A stretch of 64,000 nt of DNA, taken from positions 2,496,001-2,560,000 of the forward strand of contig CBDCTK010000002.1 in assembly GCA_965222225.1 (NCBI GenBank), in the 5' to 3' direction. Under the pieces are notes generated by a model. That model made no database searches and was not told where the DNA came from. It saw only the letters and a list, made by a program, of their open reading frames with translations. A program made the position numbers and the translations under genes. Shown here piece by piece: positions 62,897 to 64,000 of the stretch. Origin of the DNA: Candidatus Poribacteria bacterium. GTDB lineage: Bacteria > Poribacteria > WGA-4E > JAJDTR01. The first letter of the stretch is position 1, and the number at the start of each line of letters is the position of its first letter.

Positions 62897-64000
62897 ATGA
62901 AAACGGTACAGTTTATCCTCATCAGTCTGGTGCTGGGTATTGGACTGGGGTCCATAAGTCACTCCGCCGACGAGGAAGTCATGCTTATCGCCGACGAAGG
63001 CGAAGGGCAAAACCAGATGTGCGCTGATGTTTTCAGGAACTCTGTAATCGTCGGCGTACATTCGAATGTCGGCTTGGCCAAAATCTACGTGCGCGATGGC
63101 AAAAAGTGGAAAGAGCGGGCGGAACTGACTGCCAAAATTGGCGCAGCTGCCGTAGCTGATAATTTTGGCTTTTCGGTCGCGATAAACGGTCCCCGCGTGC
63201 GGGGCGCCGCGAACATTGCTATTGTCGGGGCACCGCAGCACGATGGTGCTGGTGATGACTCCGGCGCAGCTTATATCTTCTCGCGCAGCGGAGACTCCTG
63301 GAAGCGGGCGAAACTTGTCGCTGATGACGCAGCAGCAGTAGACACTTTCGGATATGCCGTGTCCATTGACCGAAACACTGCCATCGTTGGGTCACCAAAG
63401 CACGATGCTGCCGGCAGCAACTCGGGTGCAGCCTATATTTTCGCCGGTGATGATTCTTGGAACCAGCAGGCGAAGCTCGTCCCCAAAGATTTAGAGGGAA
63501 GAGACACCTTCGGAACGTCTGTCTTCGTTCGTGAGCGCACCGCTGTCGTCGGGGCACCGGCGCACACACATAGTGGCATAAAATCCGCCGGCGCTGCCTA
63601 CGTCTTCGTGCGCGAGGGGGAGACGTGGAGAGAACAAGCCAAACTCACACCCGACGACGCTGCACAGAGAGACCGTTTCGGACATTCTGTCGCTATGAGT
63701 ATGAGTAGCGACACCATCATCGTTGGGGCGCCATTCCATGATACTGAGCGCGGAGTGGATGCTGGTGCCGCCTATATCTTCGCGCTCGTTGGGGACACCT
63801 GGAAGCAGCAGGCGAAGCTGATGATCAAAAGCGCACGGGAAGGCGATCAGCTCGGATCTGGTGTCGCCACCACCGGGAAAATTGCCATTCTTGGGGCTAA
63901 GGGCCGCGATGAAGGCGACGTGGCTTCAGGTGCCGCCTATGCCTTTGTGCGTGTTGACGGGGTCTGGGAGGAGAGAGAACAGGTTACGCCCCTCGTTCCG
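62897..64000 (+). CDS. Secreted FG-GAP repeat protein; partial, runs off window end
   Basis: ATG after AAAGGAG, signal peptide, repeats D.FG.SV.......VGAP......SGAAYIF...W...AKL; not in ORF track. Confidence 0.88.
   Translation, partial: MKTVQFILISLVLGIGLGSISHSADEEVMLIADEGEGQNQMCADVFRNSVIVGVHSNVGLAKIYVRDGKKWKERAELTAKIGAAAVADNFGFSVAINGPRVRGAANIAIVGAPQHDGAGDDSGAAYIFSRSGDSWKRAKLVADDAAAVDTFGYAVSIDRNTAIVGSPKHDAAGSNSGAAYIFAGDDSWNQQAKLVPKDLEGRDTFGTSVFVRERTAVVGAPAHTHSGIKSAGAAYVFVREGETWREQAKLTPDDAAQRDRFGHSVAMSMSSDTIIVGAPFHDTERGVDAGAAYIFALVGDTWKQQAKLMIKSAREGDQLGSGVATTGKIAILGAKGRDEGDVASGAAYAFVRVDGVWEEREQVTPLVP

Overview
Accessory-rich bacterial window, most likely Candidatus Poribacteria. This is an inference from LamG proteins ending in AVEPSGKLAT(T/V)WASLK, an LRR-dockerin-'LLPNYPNPFNPETWIPY' secreted protein, five PhyH-family dioxygenases, two DUF6785/6784-type membrane proteins and sulfatases. 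It encodes carbohydrate, sulfate and oxidative catabolic enzymes scattered among decayed IS elements (ISL3, IS3, IS5, IS630, IS701-like, IS1, IS66, ISKra4/ISLre2-like), MITEs and many REP-like hairpins. I saw no rRNA, tRNA or CRISPR array. Two long edge ORFs absent from the ORF track were read directly: a transglutaminase-like protein (1-1747, minus) and an FG-GAP repeat protein (62897-64000, plus). Many genes carry single-base frameshifts, several at homopolymers, probably assembly errors. The standout observation is a dispersed 37-nt non-palindromic micro-element (AGGGATCTCTATCGCnyTCnyTATyCnnTCnnTTGAT) at 13 loci. It inserts without target duplication and with 1-4 nt target loss, lands in REP/MITE hairpin loops and transposase genes, and nests into itself at a fixed position to give a 73-nt composite four times. 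Its variation is periodic. An isolated attC-like site, a HicB-HicA fusion and a GH32 lacking the catalytic Glu were also noted.
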